From NCBI GenBank assembly GCA_051306365.1, contig JBPPNC010000105.1, positions 27,340 through 91,339 of the forward strand: a DNA stretch of 64,000 bases, read 5' to 3'. This DNA comes from Solirubrobacteraceae bacterium. GTDB taxonomy: Bacteria > Actinomycetota > Thermoleophilia > Solirubrobacterales > Solirubrobacteraceae. This document shows positions 1 through 10,407 of this stretch, in pieces. Both the position numbers and the translations under genes were made by a program. A model generated the notes under the pieces. It saw nothing but the letters and a program-made list of their open reading frames with translations. It did no database searches and had not been told where the DNA came from. Every line of letters begins with the position of its first letter. Positions within the stretch are counted from its first letter, which is position 1.

Positions 1-2
1 CG

Positions 3-524
3 TCGGCGGACGGGCGCTACGTCCTGTATGACCTCGCCCCGGTGCGGGCGGAGGAAGCGCGCGACGCGACGCCGCAGACGCGGGAGGCCGCGAAGAACGC
101 CGTGCTGCGACCCGTCGCGCTGACATGGAGCACGGGCTTCTACGGCAAGGAATCCGACACGCGACGCACGTGGTACTGGGGCGCGAAGGACGGGGCGATC
201 GCCGTCGAGAACCGTTCGGACGCGCCGCGCGTCGTCGACATGTCGTTCAAGGTGCTCACCCCGGGCCCGGAATCGAGCCGGCTGGTGATGACCCTGCCGG
301 ACGGCACGCGCCGGGTCTTCCGCACCCACGGCAACGATGAGCCGCCGACGCGCATCCGAACGCAGGTGCCGATCCCCCCGGGCACGTCCACGCTCACGCT
401 GTCGACGAACGCGCCCGACGAGGTCAGTGACGCCCGTGATATCCGGATGCAGATCATCGATCCCGTGCTGCGCGAAGCGGCGTATTCGGAGATCGCGGCG
501 TCCGTCGACGGGCGACCTGGCTAG
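3..524 (+). CDS. C-terminal part of a larger protein that runs off the 5' window edge; beta-rich tail paralogous to the C-terminus of the 11842..13893 membrane protein
   Basis: Frame is open from nt 3 to TAG 522-524. GFYGKE...GAIAVENRSDAPRVVDMSFKV...LPDGTRRVF hand-aligns with GFAGCS...GAVAVVNPTGEPLRVDVRATV...WPDGTRSLRV in the 712-aa ORF. Confidence 0.55.
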   Translation, partial: SADGRYVLYDLAPVRAEEARDATPQTREAAKNAVLRPVALTWSTGFYGKESDTRRTWYWGAKDGAIAVENRSDAPRVVDMSFKVLTPGPESSRLVMTLPDGTRRVFRTHGNDEPPTRIRTQVPIPPGTSTLTLSTNAPDEVSDARDIRMQIIDPVLREAAYSEIAASVDGRPG

Positions 525-536
525 CATCCCGGCCCG

Positions 537-1316
537 ATGAAGGCGGTCATCCTCGCGGGCGGCCGGGGTACTCGGCTTGCCGAAGAGACCTCGACCCGGC
601 CCAAGCCCATGGTGGAGGTCGGCGGCAAGCCGATCCTCTGGCACATCATGAAGCAGCTCTCCACGCACGACGTGGACGAGTTCATCATCTGCCTGGGCTA
701 CCTCGGGTACGTCATCAAGGAGTGGTTTGCCAACTACACCCTGCACACGTCCGACGTGACGTTCGACATGCGCAGCGGCGAGATGGAGATCCACAAGTCC
801 ACCACGGAGCCGTGGAAGGTCACGCTCGTGGAGACGGGTGAGGACACGATGACCGGCGGGCGCCTGAAGCGGGTCCTGCCGTACGTCGGCGATGAGGAGG
901 ATTTCGTCTTCACCTACGGCGACGGCGTGGCGGACGTCGATGTCACGAAGCTCGTCGCGTTCCACCGCGAGCAGGGCCGCAAGGCCACCGTGACCGCGGT
1001 CCAGCCGACGGGCCGCTTCGGTGCACTGGGTCTCGAACCGGGCGAGGACCACATCCGCACGTTCAAGGAGAAGCCGCGCGGCGACGGCTCCTGGATCAAC
1101 GGCGGCTACTTCGTGCTGCATCCGTCCGTCGGCGAGTACATCGCCGGCGATCCGATGCCATGGGAGGAGGAGCCGCTGCGCCGCCTGGCCGAGGAAGGCC
1201 AGATCTCCGCATACCGCCACGAGGGCTTCTGGCAGGCGATGGACACCCTGCGCGACCGCCTCACGCTCGAAGAGCTGTGGGAGAGCGGGTCGCCGCCCTG
1301 GCGGACATGGCCGTAG
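537..1316 (+). CDS. rfbF: glucose-1-phosphate cytidylyltransferase
   Basis: N-terminus MKAVILAGGRGTRLAEETSTRPKPMVEVGGKPILWHIMK and ~259-aa length are typical of RfbF/DdhA. It is directly followed by rfbG. Confidence 0.93.
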   Translation: MKAVILAGGRGTRLAEETSTRPKPMVEVGGKPILWHIMKQLSTHDVDEFIICLGYLGYVIKEWFANYTLHTSDVTFDMRSGEMEIHKSTTEPWKVTLVETGEDTMTGGRLKRVLPYVGDEEDFVFTYGDGVADVDVTKLVAFHREQGRKATVTAVQPTGRFGALGLEPGEDHIRTFKEKPRGDGSWINGGYFVLHPSVGEYIAGDPMPWEEEPLRRLAEEGQISAYRHEGFWQAMDTLRDRLTLEELWESGSPPWRTWP

Positions 1317-2377
1317 ACGCCGGGTACTGGGCGGGCAAGCGGGTCCTCGTCACGGGGCACACGGGCTTCAAGGGCTCGTGGCTGTCGCGGTGGCTGACGG
1401 CGATGGGCGCGCAGGTCATCGGGCTCTCCGACGAGGTCCCTGCCCAGCCGTGCCTGTTCGTCGCCGGCCGGGTGCGCGACGAGGTCGAGCACCACGAGAT
1501 CGACGTACGTGACCGGGACGGCGTGGAGCAGGTCGTGGCGGCATCGCGACCGGACGTCGTGCTGCACCTCGCTGCGCAGGCGTACGTGCGCCGCAGCTAC
1601 CTCGAGCCCGTGGAGACGTACGCCGTGAACGTCATGGGCACCGTGAACGTTCTGGAGGCCGTGCGGCGTGCCGAATCCGTGCGTGCCGTCGTCGTGGTCA
1701 CGTCGGACAAGTGCTACGACAACCGCGAGCAGAACCGGCCGTTCACCGAGGACGATCCGATGGGCGGCCACGATCCCTACTCGAACTCGAAGGGGGCCGC
1801 GGAGCTCGTGACCGACGCGTACCGCCGGTCGTTCTTCGGCGATCCGGACGGCACGCGGATCGCCTCGGGCCGCGCGGGCAACGTCATCGGCGGCGGTGAC
1901 TGGGGCGAGGACCGCTTGATCCCGGACATGATGCGCGGCGCCCTGGCCGGCGAGCCGATCCCGATCCGCAACCCGGAGGCGATCCGGCCGTGGCAGCACG
2001 TCCTGAACCCGCTGAGCGGCTATCTCGTGCTCGCCGAGGCGCTTGCCGCCGGGCAGCCCGACGTCGCGACCGGGTTCAACTTCGGTCCCGATCCGGGCGA
2101 CGCGCAGCCGGTCAGGGTGATCGTCGAACGCCTCTCCGAACGCTGGCCCGGCGACCTGACGTGGGAGACCGACAACGGTCCGCACCCCCACGAGGCCGGA
2201 TACCTCTCGCTGGATTCCACCCGCGCCCATGAGCGGCTCGGGTGGACGCCCACCTGGGATCTCGACCACACCCTCGCCTCCATCGCCGACTGGTTCGCCG
2301 CCTACCGCGACGGCGCCGACATGCAGACGATCACGGACGCGCAGATCGCGGCCTTCGCCGGGGCGGCCTCCGTCTGA
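1307..2377 (+). CDS. rfbG: CDP-glucose 4,6-dehydratase
   Basis: ATG at 1307 overlaps the rfbF stop. Rossmann motif VLVTGHTGFKGSWL and an SDR YxxxK (YSNSK) are present. The longer ORF-track start at 1160 would overlap rfbF heavily. Confidence 0.9.
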   Translation: MAVDAGYWAGKRVLVTGHTGFKGSWLSRWLTAMGAQVIGLSDEVPAQPCLFVAGRVRDEVEHHEIDVRDRDGVEQVVAASRPDVVLHLAAQAYVRRSYLEPVETYAVNVMGTVNVLEAVRRAESVRAVVVVTSDKCYDNREQNRPFTEDDPMGGHDPYSNSKGAAELVTDAYRRSFFGDPDGTRIASGRAGNVIGGGDWGEDRLIPDMMRGALAGEPIPIRNPEAIRPWQHVLNPLSGYLVLAEALAAGQPDVATGFNFGPDPGDAQPVRVIVERLSERWPGDLTWETDNGPHPHEAGYLSLDSTRAHERLGWTPTWDLDHTLASIADWFAAYRDGADMQTITDAQIAAFAGAASV

Positions 2378-3063
2378 TGGCCACCGCGCTTGTGTTCGGC
2401 GGTCTCGGCGCGATCGGTGACGCGACCGCCAGCGTGCTGGAGCGCAGCGGGATCGTCGTCATCCGCACCGCGCGCAGCGCACAGCCCGGCGCCCTGCACA
2501 TCGACCCGATCGGCGCGCCTGAGACGCTCGCCGGCCTCGGCGAGCTGCCGCTGCTGCGCGCCGTCGTCTGGGCCCAGGGCGCGAACGTCAACGACAGCGC
2601 CGCGGACGTGGACCCCGGCGCGCTCCGCGACGTGCTCGACGCCAACGTCACCTTCGTCGCCGCCACGCTGCAGCGCCTCGTCGCCGCCGATCGCCTGGAG
2701 GCGCCGGCACGCCTGGTCGTCATCAGCTCCATCTGGGAGCAGATCGCGCGGCCCGGCAAGTTCTCGTACACGATCTCCAAGGCCGCGGTGGGCGGGCTCG
2801 TGCGTGCAGCCTCGGCCGACCTCGCCGCCGACGGGCACCTCATCAACGCCGTGCTGCCCAGTGTCACCGACACGCCGATGACACGGTCCATGCTCAGCGA
2901 TGAGCAGGTCATGCGCGTGGCCGGCGCCACGGGCTTCGACCGTCTCACGTCGCTCGACGATGTCGCGCAGACCGCGGCGTGGCTTGCGTCCGGTGCGAAC
3001 ACGGGCGTCACCGGGCAGTCCATCGCCGTCGATCTCGGGTTCTCGCATGTCCGCAGCCTCTGA
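2377..3063 (+). CDS. short-chain dehydrogenase/reductase (candidate sugar ketoreductase)
   Basis: TGATG overlap with the rfbG stop. Contains ALVFGGLGAIG nucleotide-binding motif and YTISK catalytic motif. Confidence 0.8.
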   Translation: MATALVFGGLGAIGDATASVLERSGIVVIRTARSAQPGALHIDPIGAPETLAGLGELPLLRAVVWAQGANVNDSAADVDPGALRDVLDANVTFVAATLQRLVAADRLEAPARLVVISSIWEQIARPGKFSYTISKAAVGGLVRAASADLAADGHLINAVLPSVTDTPMTRSMLSDEQVMRVAGATGFDRLTSLDDVAQTAAWLASGANTGVTGQSIAVDLGFSHVRSL

Positions 3064-4114
3064 CCTGCTGATCCGCTCCAGCTCCGGCAGCTACGGCGTG
3101 ACCATCGCCGACGGCGCCTTCGCGGCGGTCATGGCGCAGCGCGAGGGTGCCTACGTCATCGCCGACGAGCGCTTCGCCGGCCACCCCGCGCTGGACCCGG
3201 CGCGCACGATCTCCGTCGTGGCCACGGAGGACCAGAAGACCATGGCGGGCGGCGAGCGGGTGATCATCGCGCTGCGCGAGGCGGGCGCCCAGCGCGGCGA
3301 TCACGTCGTGGCCGTGGGCGGCGGGATCATCCAGGACGTCGCCACGCTCGTCGCTCAGCTCTACATGCGCGGGCTTCCGTGGAGCTACGTCCCGACGACG
3401 CTGCTCGGCATGGTCGACTCCTGCATCGGCGGGAAGTCTTCGATCAACGCCGGCCAGTTCAAGAACCTCGTGGGCAGCTTCCATCCGCCCGACGAAGTCG
3501 TCGTCGACCCGGAGTTCCTGTCGACGCTGCCCGGCGAGGCCCTCGCCGGGGGCCTCGCGGAGGCGATGAAGATCACGTACTGCCGCGGGCCAGAGGCGTT
3601 CGCCCGCTACCTCGCGCTCGCCGACGCGTTTCCCGCCAGCGCGGCGCAGCTCGTCCACCACGCGCTGGACAGCAAGCGCTGGTTCATCGAGATCGACGAG
3701 TTCGACAAGGCAGAACGGCGCCTTCTGAACTTCGGCCACACCTTCGGGCACGCCCTGGAGGCGGGCACCGGGTTCGGCGTGAGCCACGGCATCGGTGTCG
3801 CGATCGGCGTCATCGCCGCCGAGCGGTTCGCGGCGGAGACGGGCGTCGGCGCCGCGGACGCGCGACTGCGCGACCACGCGACGTCGCTGGCGGTCGAGGC
3901 TCCCGACCTCGCGGCACGGCTGGGGCGCCTCGATCCCGCCACGTTCGAGCGCGCGTTCCTCGGCGACAAGAAGCACGGAGCGGACGGCCTGCACGTCATC
4001 GTCCCGGTGGGCGAAGGCGCGGTGGGCGAGCGCGTCGTGCCCAACGAGCCCGCCACGCTCGCCGCCGTCCACGGCGCGATGCGCGAAGCGATCGCTACGG
4101 TAGGCGCCGCATGA
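3047..4114 (+). CDS. 3-dehydroquinate-synthase-like (sugar-phosphate-cyclase superfamily) protein
   Basis: GGGIIQDVA...VPTTLLGMVDSCIGGKSSIN...KNLVGSFHPP...HTFGHALE...HGIGVAIG match DHQS-family signature blocks. ATG 3047 overlaps the SDR gene's 3' end. Confidence 0.8.
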   Translation: MSAASDLLIRSSSGSYGVTIADGAFAAVMAQREGAYVIADERFAGHPALDPARTISVVATEDQKTMAGGERVIIALREAGAQRGDHVVAVGGGIIQDVATLVAQLYMRGLPWSYVPTTLLGMVDSCIGGKSSINAGQFKNLVGSFHPPDEVVVDPEFLSTLPGEALAGGLAEAMKITYCRGPEAFARYLALADAFPASAAQLVHHALDSKRWFIEIDEFDKAERRLLNFGHTFGHALEAGTGFGVSHGIGVAIGVIAAERFAAETGVGAADARLRDHATSLAVEAPDLAARLGRLDPATFERAFLGDKKHGADGLHVIVPVGEGAVGERVVPNEPATLAAVHGAMREAIATVGAA

Positions 4115-5934
4115 GCATGAAGTACAGCGACCTTCTCGTCCGCTGGCTCAAGGAGCTCGGCTACACGCACTGCTTCTTTGTCGCCGGCGGCAACGTCATG
4201 CATCTCCTGGACGGCGTCCGCAAGGAGATGACGTGCATCGCGACCGTCCATGAGGTGGCTGCGGGCATCGCCGCGGAGTACTTCAACGAGGTCGAGCCCG
4301 AGGGCCGCGCGTTCGCGATGGTGACCGCCGGCCCCGGCCTCACGAACCTCATGACGGCGCTCGGCGGCGCGTATCTCGAGTCGCGCGAGCTCCTGGTGCT
4401 CGGCGGGCAGGCCAAGGCCGAGGACCTCGCCGGCCCGGACCTGCGCCAGCGCGGCATCCAGGAGATCGACGGAGTGGCGCTCGCGGCGCCCGTCTGCAAG
4501 GCGGCCGTCCGCATCGAGGTGCCCGCGCCGAAGCACGAGATCGAACGGCTCGTCAGGCTCGGCCGCGAGGGCCGGCCCGGCCCGGTCTTCCTCGAGCTCT
4601 GTCTCGACGCGCAGGGCGCGCCGGTGGAGCCCGGGCCTCTCGAGGATCCCGCTGCGCCCGCCGTCGGGGTCACGCCCGCCGGCCACACGCCGGCGCAGGA
4701 CACCGACGTTCCGGCGCCGCCGCCCGGCATCGGCGCAGAACTTGCGGCGCGACTCGCGTCCGCGCAGCGTCCCGTCCTGCTGCTCGGCGGCGGCCTGTCG
4801 CGCGAGGCCGCGCGCGCCGCGGTGCAGCCGCTGCGTGGCCTCGGCGTCCCGCTCATGACGACGTGGAACGGCATGGACCGGGTGTCCGCGGGCGAGCCGC
4901 TCTGGTTCGGCCGGCCCAACACCTGGGGCATGCGCGCCAGCAACGTCCTGCTCCAGCAGGCCGACCTCGTGATCGCGCTGGGCACGCGCCTGGGGCTGCA
5001 GCAGACCGGGTTCAACTGGCAGCAGTTCGCGCCGATGGCCGATGTCGTGCAGGTCGATGTCGACCCGGCGGAGCTTGAGAAGGGGCACCCGCACGTCGAC
5101 CTGCCCGTTCAGGCCGACGCCGCCGCCGTCCTGCGGGAGCTCCTCGCCGCCGCAGCACCCGCCGACGTGCCCGAGTGGGTCACGTTCTGCGGGAAGGTGC
5201 GGGCGCTGCTGCCGACCGCAGAAGCGGTCAACACCACCGGTGACGGGTACGTCGACCCCTACGTCTTCACCGAGTACCTCTCCGTCCTGGCCGGAGAGGA
5301 CGACCTCGTCGTCCCCTGCTCGAGCGGCGGCGCGTTCACCGTGACCATGCAGAGTTGGCTGCAGAAGACGGGTCAGCGCGTCGTGACGAACAAGGGCCTC
5401 GCCTCGATGGGATACGGCCTCTCGGGCGCCATCGGCGCAGCGTTCGCGCACCCGGGCCGCCGGGTCATCCACATCGAGGGCGACGGCGGCTTCGCGCAGA
5501 ACCTGCAGGAGATCGCCACGGTGTCGGTCAACGCGCTGCCGCTGAAGATGTTCATCTTCTCCAACGAGGGGTACGCCTCGATCCGGATGACGCAGCGCAA
5601 CTACTTCGGGGGGCAGTACCTCGGCTGCGACACGCAGACCGGACTGGGATTTCCGGATTGGGCGCAACTCTTCGCCGCCTTCGCCGTTCCCACCATCGAA
5701 CTCGGACCCGGGTACGCTGACGATTCCGCCTTCCGGGATGCGATGGCGGCATCGGGACCGGCGGCGTTCATCGTGCCGATCGATCCCGAGCAGACCTACT
5801 TCCCGAAGATCTCGAGCCGGGTCACCGCGTCAGGCTCGATGGAGTCCAACCCCCTGCACCTCATGAGCCCAGACCTTGCCCCTGAGCTGGCCGCCGAGGT
5901 CCTTCCCCACACCACGACCGGGAGCACCGCATGA
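4111..5934 (+). CDS. thiamine-diphosphate-dependent acetolactate-synthase-like enzyme (YerE-like candidate)
   Basis: ATGA overlap with the upstream stop. ALS-like N-terminus ([26 protein letters not shown]) and ThDP motif GDGGF...SNEGY (GDG at 5479-5487). The upstream 240 aa of the ORF-track frame look like non-coding read-through. Confidence 0.85.
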   Translation: MSMKYSDLLVRWLKELGYTHCFFVAGGNVMHLLDGVRKEMTCIATVHEVAAGIAAEYFNEVEPEGRAFAMVTAGPGLTNLMTALGGAYLESRELLVLGGQAKAEDLAGPDLRQRGIQEIDGVALAAPVCKAAVRIEVPAPKHEIERLVRLGREGRPGPVFLELCLDAQGAPVEPGPLEDPAAPAVGVTPAGHTPAQDTDVPAPPPGIGAELAARLASAQRPVLLLGGGLSREAARAAVQPLRGLGVPLMTTWNGMDRVSAGEPLWFGRPNTWGMRASNVLLQQADLVIALGTRLGLQQTGFNWQQFAPMADVVQVDVDPAELEKGHPHVDLPVQADAAAVLRELLAAAAPADVPEWVTFCGKVRALLPTAEAVNTTGDGYVDPYVFTEYLSVLAGEDDLVVPCSSGGAFTVTMQSWLQKTGQRVVTNKGLASMGYGLSGAIGAAFAHPGRRVIHIEGDGGFAQNLQEIATVSVNALPLKMFIFSNEGYASIRMTQRNYFGGQYLGCDTQTGLGFPDWAQLFAAFAVPTIELGPGYADDSAFRDAMAASGPAAFIVPIDPEQTYFPKISSRVTASGSMESNPLHLMSPDLAPELAAEVLPHTTTGSTA

Positions 5935-6740
5935 ATTCCACCGAGCGCGAGATGCGCGACATCTTGATCCGCGGCCGTGAGGACTACGGCTACGTCGCCG
6001 TGAAGGCCGAGTTCGAGGCAGAGGGCACGCGCGTCGAGGAGCTCCTGCGGCTCGTCGAGATCGCGCACCGCTCGGACCTCAAGCTCGCGGTGAAGATCGG
6101 CGGCTGCGAGGCCGTCCGCGACCTGTTCGAGGCCAAGCAGATCGGCGTGGACTACATCATCGCGCCGATGGTCGAGACGCCCTACGCCCTGAGCAAGTAC
6201 GTGCTGGCGAAGGACAAGGCCTACTCCGAGGACGAGCAGCTCGACACGGACTTCCTGTTCAACATGGAGACCGGGACGGGCTACGCGCACCGCGAGGAGC
6301 TCGCGACCGTCGCTGCGGCCAAGCCGGGTGTCGACGGCATCGTGTTCGGCCGGGTGGACTTCGTCGGCTCGTTGCAGCGCGGGCGTGACGACATCAACGA
6401 CGACGACATCACGGACATGGTGGTCGAGACCGGCCGCCTCTGTAAGGCGAAGGGCCTGGACCTGGTGGTCGGCGGCGGCGTGTCCTCCGATTCGATCCCG
6501 GCCCTGCGTCGTATCCGCGCCGAGCACCTCACGCGCTTCGAGACGCGCAAGGTCGTGTTCGACGGGGGTGCCGTGGAGACGGACGACATCGCGGGCGGCC
6601 TGCTGAACGCCGTGCACTTCGAGCTGCTGTGGCTGAAGAACAAGCGTGAGTACTACGGCCTCATCCACGCCGAGGACGCGAAGCGCATCGACATGCTCGA
6701 GGCGCGCTGGGGCAAGCTCAGCGCGGGCGCGACCGCGTAG
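5931..6740 (+). CDS. HpcH/HpaI aldolase / citrate-lyase-family protein
   Basis: ATGA overlap with the upstream stop. Has a TIM-barrel-like pattern with [12 protein letters not shown] and [10 protein letters not shown] blocks typical of this family. Assignment is by motif only. Confidence 0.6.
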   Translation: MNSTEREMRDILIRGREDYGYVAVKAEFEAEGTRVEELLRLVEIAHRSDLKLAVKIGGCEAVRDLFEAKQIGVDYIIAPMVETPYALSKYVLAKDKAYSEDEQLDTDFLFNMETGTGYAHREELATVAAAKPGVDGIVFGRVDFVGSLQRGRDDINDDDITDMVVETGRLCKAKGLDLVVGGGVSSDSIPALRRIRAEHLTRFETRKVVFDGGAVETDDIAGGLLNAVHFELLWLKNKREYYGLIHAEDAKRIDMLEARWGKLSAGATA

Positions 6741-6741
6741 C

Positions 6742-7635
6742 TTGGCCGGCCGCGACGTCATCGGCGCCCTGGCGGATGCCGGCGCGCGCGTCGTGGTCAC
6801 CGGGGCGAGCGGCTGGCTGGGGCGCGTCACGTGCGATGCGCTCGAGGCCGGCGGCGTGCCGTTCCACGCGTACGCCAGCCGCGCTCGCGACGGGCTCCGC
6901 GCGCTCAACGAGCTCGGTGCGCCCCCGGCCGGGGATGGACCGTTGCTGCTGCTGCACTACGCGTTCCTCACGAAAGACAAGGTCGAGGCGCTCGGCGCCG
7001 AGGCGTACATCGCTGCGAACATCGCCATCGCCAGCCGGGTGTTGGACTGGATCGCCACGGAGCGCCCCAGCGGAGTGTTCGTGGCGTCTTCGGGCGCGGC
7101 CGCGGCGGGCCTGGCGATCGAGCAGGACCCGTACGGCGCGCTCAAGCGTCTCGACGAGCTCGCCTTCGCCCAGGCTGCGCGTGAGGCCGGCGCGCGGCTT
7201 CGGATCGCGCGGGTCTACAACGTCGCCGGCAGACACATCACCACGCCTGAGCTCTACGCGCTGGGAGACCTCGTCGGCGCCGCCCTGCGCGGTGAGCCGC
7301 TGCGCATCCGGGCGCGCGGCGACGTCGTACGCTCCTACGTCGCGGTGGACGATCTTGTCCGGCTCGTCCTGGCGGAACTGACAACCCCCGGCCTGCCCGA
7401 CCAGCTGACGTTCGACACGGCAGGTGCGACGGTGGAGGTCGGCGAGCTTGCAGAGGCGGTGCGGGCGGCGCTCGGCCGTGAAGATCTCCCCATCGAGCGT
7501 AAACGTGACCCAGCTGCACCGAAGAGCATCTACTTGGGCGATCCGGCGATCATGTCCGATCTCCTGCGCCGCCACGGCCTGACCCCGACCACACTCGACG
7601 AGCAGATTCGCGAGACCGCTGAGAGCCTTCGATGA
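6742..7635 (+). CDS. NAD-dependent epimerase/dehydratase-family protein
   Basis: Rossmann motif VVVTGASGWLG and catalytic YGALK. The start is uncertain: in-frame TTG 6742 lies 1 nt after the upstream stop, and the ORF-track start 6646 overlaps the aldolase gene. Confidence 0.7.
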   Translation: MAGRDVIGALADAGARVVVTGASGWLGRVTCDALEAGGVPFHAYASRARDGLRALNELGAPPAGDGPLLLLHYAFLTKDKVEALGAEAYIAANIAIASRVLDWIATERPSGVFVASSGAAAAGLAIEQDPYGALKRLDELAFAQAAREAGARLRIARVYNVAGRHITTPELYALGDLVGAALRGEPLRIRARGDVVRSYVAVDDLVRLVLAELTTPGLPDQLTFDTAGATVEVGELAEAVRAALGREDLPIERKRDPAAPKSIYLGDPAIMSDLLRRHGLTPTTLDEQIRETAESLR

Positions 7636-8636
7636 ACCACGACGACCGCAAGCTCATCTCCATCGTCATTCCTGCCTACAACGAGGAGGGCAACGTCGAC
7701 GAGCTCGCACGCCGCCTCGCGGCGGTGTTTGAGGAGGAGCCGCAGTACGACTTCGAGGTCCTGTTGGTGGAGAACGGCTCCGAGGACGCCACGTACGATC
7801 GTGCACTCGCGGTGCACGCGCGTGATCCGCGATTCAAGGTGGTCCAGCTCGCGCGGAACTTCCGAATGGACGGCGGCCTGACGGCCGGCCTCGCCCACGC
7901 CCACGGCGACGCGTGTGTCCTCATGGCCGCCGACCTGCAAGACCCTCCGGAGCTGATCCACGACTTCCTGCGCAAGTGGGAGGAGGGCTACGAGATCGTC
8001 TACCAGGTCGTCACCGAGCGCCAGGGCACCGGGCCGATCAGGACGCTCAACAGCAAGCTCTTCTATGTCCTGGCCAACCAGCTCACAGACGGCCGCATCC
8101 CCCGGAACGTGAGTGACTTCCGCCTCGCGGACCGGAGGGTCTACGAGACGATCAACACCATGGAGGAGCGCAACCGCTTCGTGCGGGGCCTCTTCGCGTG
8201 GGTGGGCTTCCGGGCGGTCGGGGTCGAGTCTCCGCGCCACCCACGGGTCGCGGGGGCGTCCGGCGCGCACACCCTGAAGGTCCTGGATCTTGCGCTCAAG
8301 GGCATCTTCGCCCACTCCTACGTCCCGCTCAAGCTCATCACCATCAGCGGTGTGACGCTGTCGATCATGTCGTTCGTCGCGATCGTGCTGTTCGGTCTGA
8401 GCTTTTTCTTCATCGGCGTGCCGTTCGCCGGTTTTGGCACGATCGTCTGCCTCATCCTGCTGATGTTCGGACTCCTGTTCACGATGCTGGGGATCGTCGC
8501 CGAGTACGTGGGGCTGATCTACGAGGAGGTGAAGCAGCGGCCGAACTACGTCGTACGGACCACTGCCGGCGTTGAAGACCGTCCTGCAGGGCGGCCGGCG
8601 GTCAGCAGTGCCGTGCAGGAGCCCGACGTTCCTTGA
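7632..8636 (+). CDS. family-2 glycosyltransferase of the polyprenyl-phosphate sugar synthase (GtrB/ArnC/Dpm1-like) type
   Basis: ISIVIPAYNEEGNV...LLVENGSEDAT GT-A core, followed by two C-terminal hydrophobic helices. ATGA overlap with the upstream gene. Confidence 0.85.
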   Translation: MNHDDRKLISIVIPAYNEEGNVDELARRLAAVFEEEPQYDFEVLLVENGSEDATYDRALAVHARDPRFKVVQLARNFRMDGGLTAGLAHAHGDACVLMAADLQDPPELIHDFLRKWEEGYEIVYQVVTERQGTGPIRTLNSKLFYVLANQLTDGRIPRNVSDFRLADRRVYETINTMEERNRFVRGLFAWVGFRAVGVESPRHPRVAGASGAHTLKVLDLALKGIFAHSYVPLKLITISGVTLSIMSFVAIVLFGLSFFFIGVPFAGFGTIVCLILLMFGLLFTMLGIVAEYVGLIYEEVKQRPNYVVRTTAGVEDRPAGRPAVSSAVQEPDVP

Positions 8637-9046
8637 GCAAGCCTGAGCAGAGCCTGAAGCGACAGGGCCTGCGCTTCGTCATCGTCGGCGCGGGCAACAC
8701 GGTCTTCGGCTACGGATCGTTCGCGCTGCTCCAGCTGACGTTCGGCGACCAAGTGCACTACATGGTGCTGCTCGTCGTGGCGTGGATCGTCAACGTGCTC
8801 GAGGCCTACATCGCGTACCGCTTCCTGGTCTTCCGCGTTCGCGGGCACTTCTTCCGCGATCTCGCACGTTTCAGCCTCGTCTACGTCGGCGCGTTTGCGT
8901 TCAACCTCGTCGCCCTGCCCATCGCCGTCGGCGTGTTCGGTGTGCCGGTGCTGCTCGCCCAGCTCGGAGTGCTGGTGGTCACCGTGGCGGCCAGCTTATT
9001 CGCGCACCGCAGGTTCTCGTTCCGGCGCGCCGTGCCCGGCGCCTGA
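8633..9046 (+). CDS. GtrA-family small membrane protein (putative lipid-linked sugar translocase)
   Basis: 137 aa with four hydrophobic segments and LRFVIVGAGNTVFGYGSF N-terminal motif. TTGA overlap with the GT2 stop. Confidence 0.8.
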   Translation: MSKPEQSLKRQGLRFVIVGAGNTVFGYGSFALLQLTFGDQVHYMVLLVVAWIVNVLEAYIAYRFLVFRVRGHFFRDLARFSLVYVGAFAFNLVALPIAVGVFGVPVLLAQLGVLVVTVAASLFAHRRFSFRRAVPGA

Positions 9047-9054
9047 TCCGGCCG

Positions 9055-10407
9055 CTAGGCAGGGACGGCGTCTGCGAGGTCGTCTGCTGCCTCCTGGGCC
9101 GGTCGCCGACGGGCACGCCAGTCCAGGAATGCGCTGACGAGGCATAGCGCGATGAGCACGACGAGTACGAACCGGTTGTAGTACGTGGCGTCATTCATCC
9201 GGATGCGGGGGAGGCCCTTCAGCGCGATGAGCCACGCGAAGCAGGCGAGTATCGGCCAGCCAAGCCGGATGCGTGCGGCGTCGGCAAGGAACAGCGTGAC
9301 GGGGATCAGCATGATTGGCCCGCGGTACTCGTTCGAGAACGGTGCGAGCAGGAGCGTTGCGGCGGCGATGACAGCAACCGTCTGCCAGAGCCGCGGGCGC
9401 AGCCAGAGGATCAACCCCCAGAGTGCCAGGCCCACGACGACCGCGACCGTCATGTAGGACTGCGCGAGGTCGCCGAAGACCGAGCCGCCGCCCTGCAGCG
9501 CGTCGGCCCGGATCAGCAGGGCCTTTGCGCTCGAGTTGTAGTTGAGGTTCGACGAGAGCGCCAGGTCGATGTTGTTCTGGACGATGCGCATCGCGTCGTA
9601 GCTGTCGCCGATGCTTCCGGGCATGAGCAGCAGCGGCAGATAGGTCATGGCGGCGGCGAGCACCACGCACAGCGCGGCCTGCCAGAACTTCCGCTCGAGG
9701 AGAAAGAGGACCAGGAACAGGCCGGGATGCCCCTTCATGGCGATCGCCGCAGCGAGGAGGATCGCGGCCCACACCCAGCGGTCAGCTGCCGCCAGGAGGA
9801 TCGCGCCCCAGATGAGGAGGATCAGCACGCCCTCGATGTTCCCCCGATCGACGAGCATGAGCACGGGGCCGCAGAACAGTACGAGGACCACCGCCGTACG
9901 CGCGCGGGTGAGCTGAGGCAGGAAGCGCACCGTGTACCAGGTGAGCGTCAGCAGGCCGAAGACGAGCAGCCCGAGGTACACCGGTGTCGCGACGCCGAGC
10001 GGCAGCAACTTCAACGGCAGGGCGATGACGTGGGCGAACGGCAGATACGGACTTGCCGGCAGGAGGTCCCCGTCGTTCGGGAGGTAGGGATTCGGGTCGC
10101 GCGCGCGGGCCCACATCTCGTAGAAGTCCGAGAACGTGTGGACGCCGAGGATCTTCGGCGACGTCGGGAACTCCCCACCGAAATACCCCGTGTCGTACGG
10201 AGGGAAGGCGAAGAGCGGGACCGGGTGGCCCAGGTACAGCACATGGACGTACAGGAAGGTGAACGACGTCGCGAACGCCAGGAGGATGACGAGAGTCAGG
10301 ATGTCGACGCGGCGCTCGCGGCGCTCGTCGTCGACCTGCCTGGCGTGCTGCGCGACGTCGGCTGTCTCAGCCACGACCCGAGGCGTCCGCGGGGCGCGTG
10401 CCACCAC
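9055..10407 (-). CDS. polytopic membrane glycosyltransferase, GT87/DUF2029-like (GT-C fold candidate)
   Basis: More than 10 hydrophobic segments, with an FSDFYEMW...PYLPFAH loop resembling DUF2029 mannosyltransferases. Start is ambiguous (GTG 10407/10404 or GTG 10374). It overlaps the rfbH stop. Confidence 0.6.
   Translation of the reverse strand: MVARAPRTPRVVAETADVAQHARQVDDERRERRVDILTLVILLAFATSFTFLYVHVLYLGHPVPLFAFPPYDTGYFGGEFPTSPKILGVHTFSDFYEMWARARDPNPYLPNDGDLLPASPYLPFAHVIALPLKLLPLGVATPVYLGLLVFGLLTLTWYTVRFLPQLTRARTAVVLVLFCGPVLMLVDRGNIEGVLILLIWGAILLAAADRWVWAAILLAAAIAMKGHPGLFLVLFLLERKFWQAALCVVLAAAMTYLPLLLMPGSIGDSYDAMRIVQNNIDLALSSNLNYNSSAKALLIRADALQGGGSVFGDLAQSYMTVAVVVGLALWGLILWLRPRLWQTVAVIAAATLLLAPFSNEYRGPIMLIPVTLFLADAARIRLGWPILACFAWLIALKGLPRIRMNDATYYNRFVLVVLIALCLVSAFLDWRARRRPAQEAADDLADAVPA

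Noticed and set aside
3379-4110. Long N-terminal extensions in the ORF track (e.g. 3379-5934, 2900-4114, 2242-3063, 1160-2377, 49845-52334, 22418-24490, 35886-37298, 42391-43548).
   Set aside because: The extensions overlap the preceding real gene, are Arg/Pro-rich, and are followed by internal starts that create classic ATGA/TGATG couplings or sit behind good Shine-Dalgarno sites.
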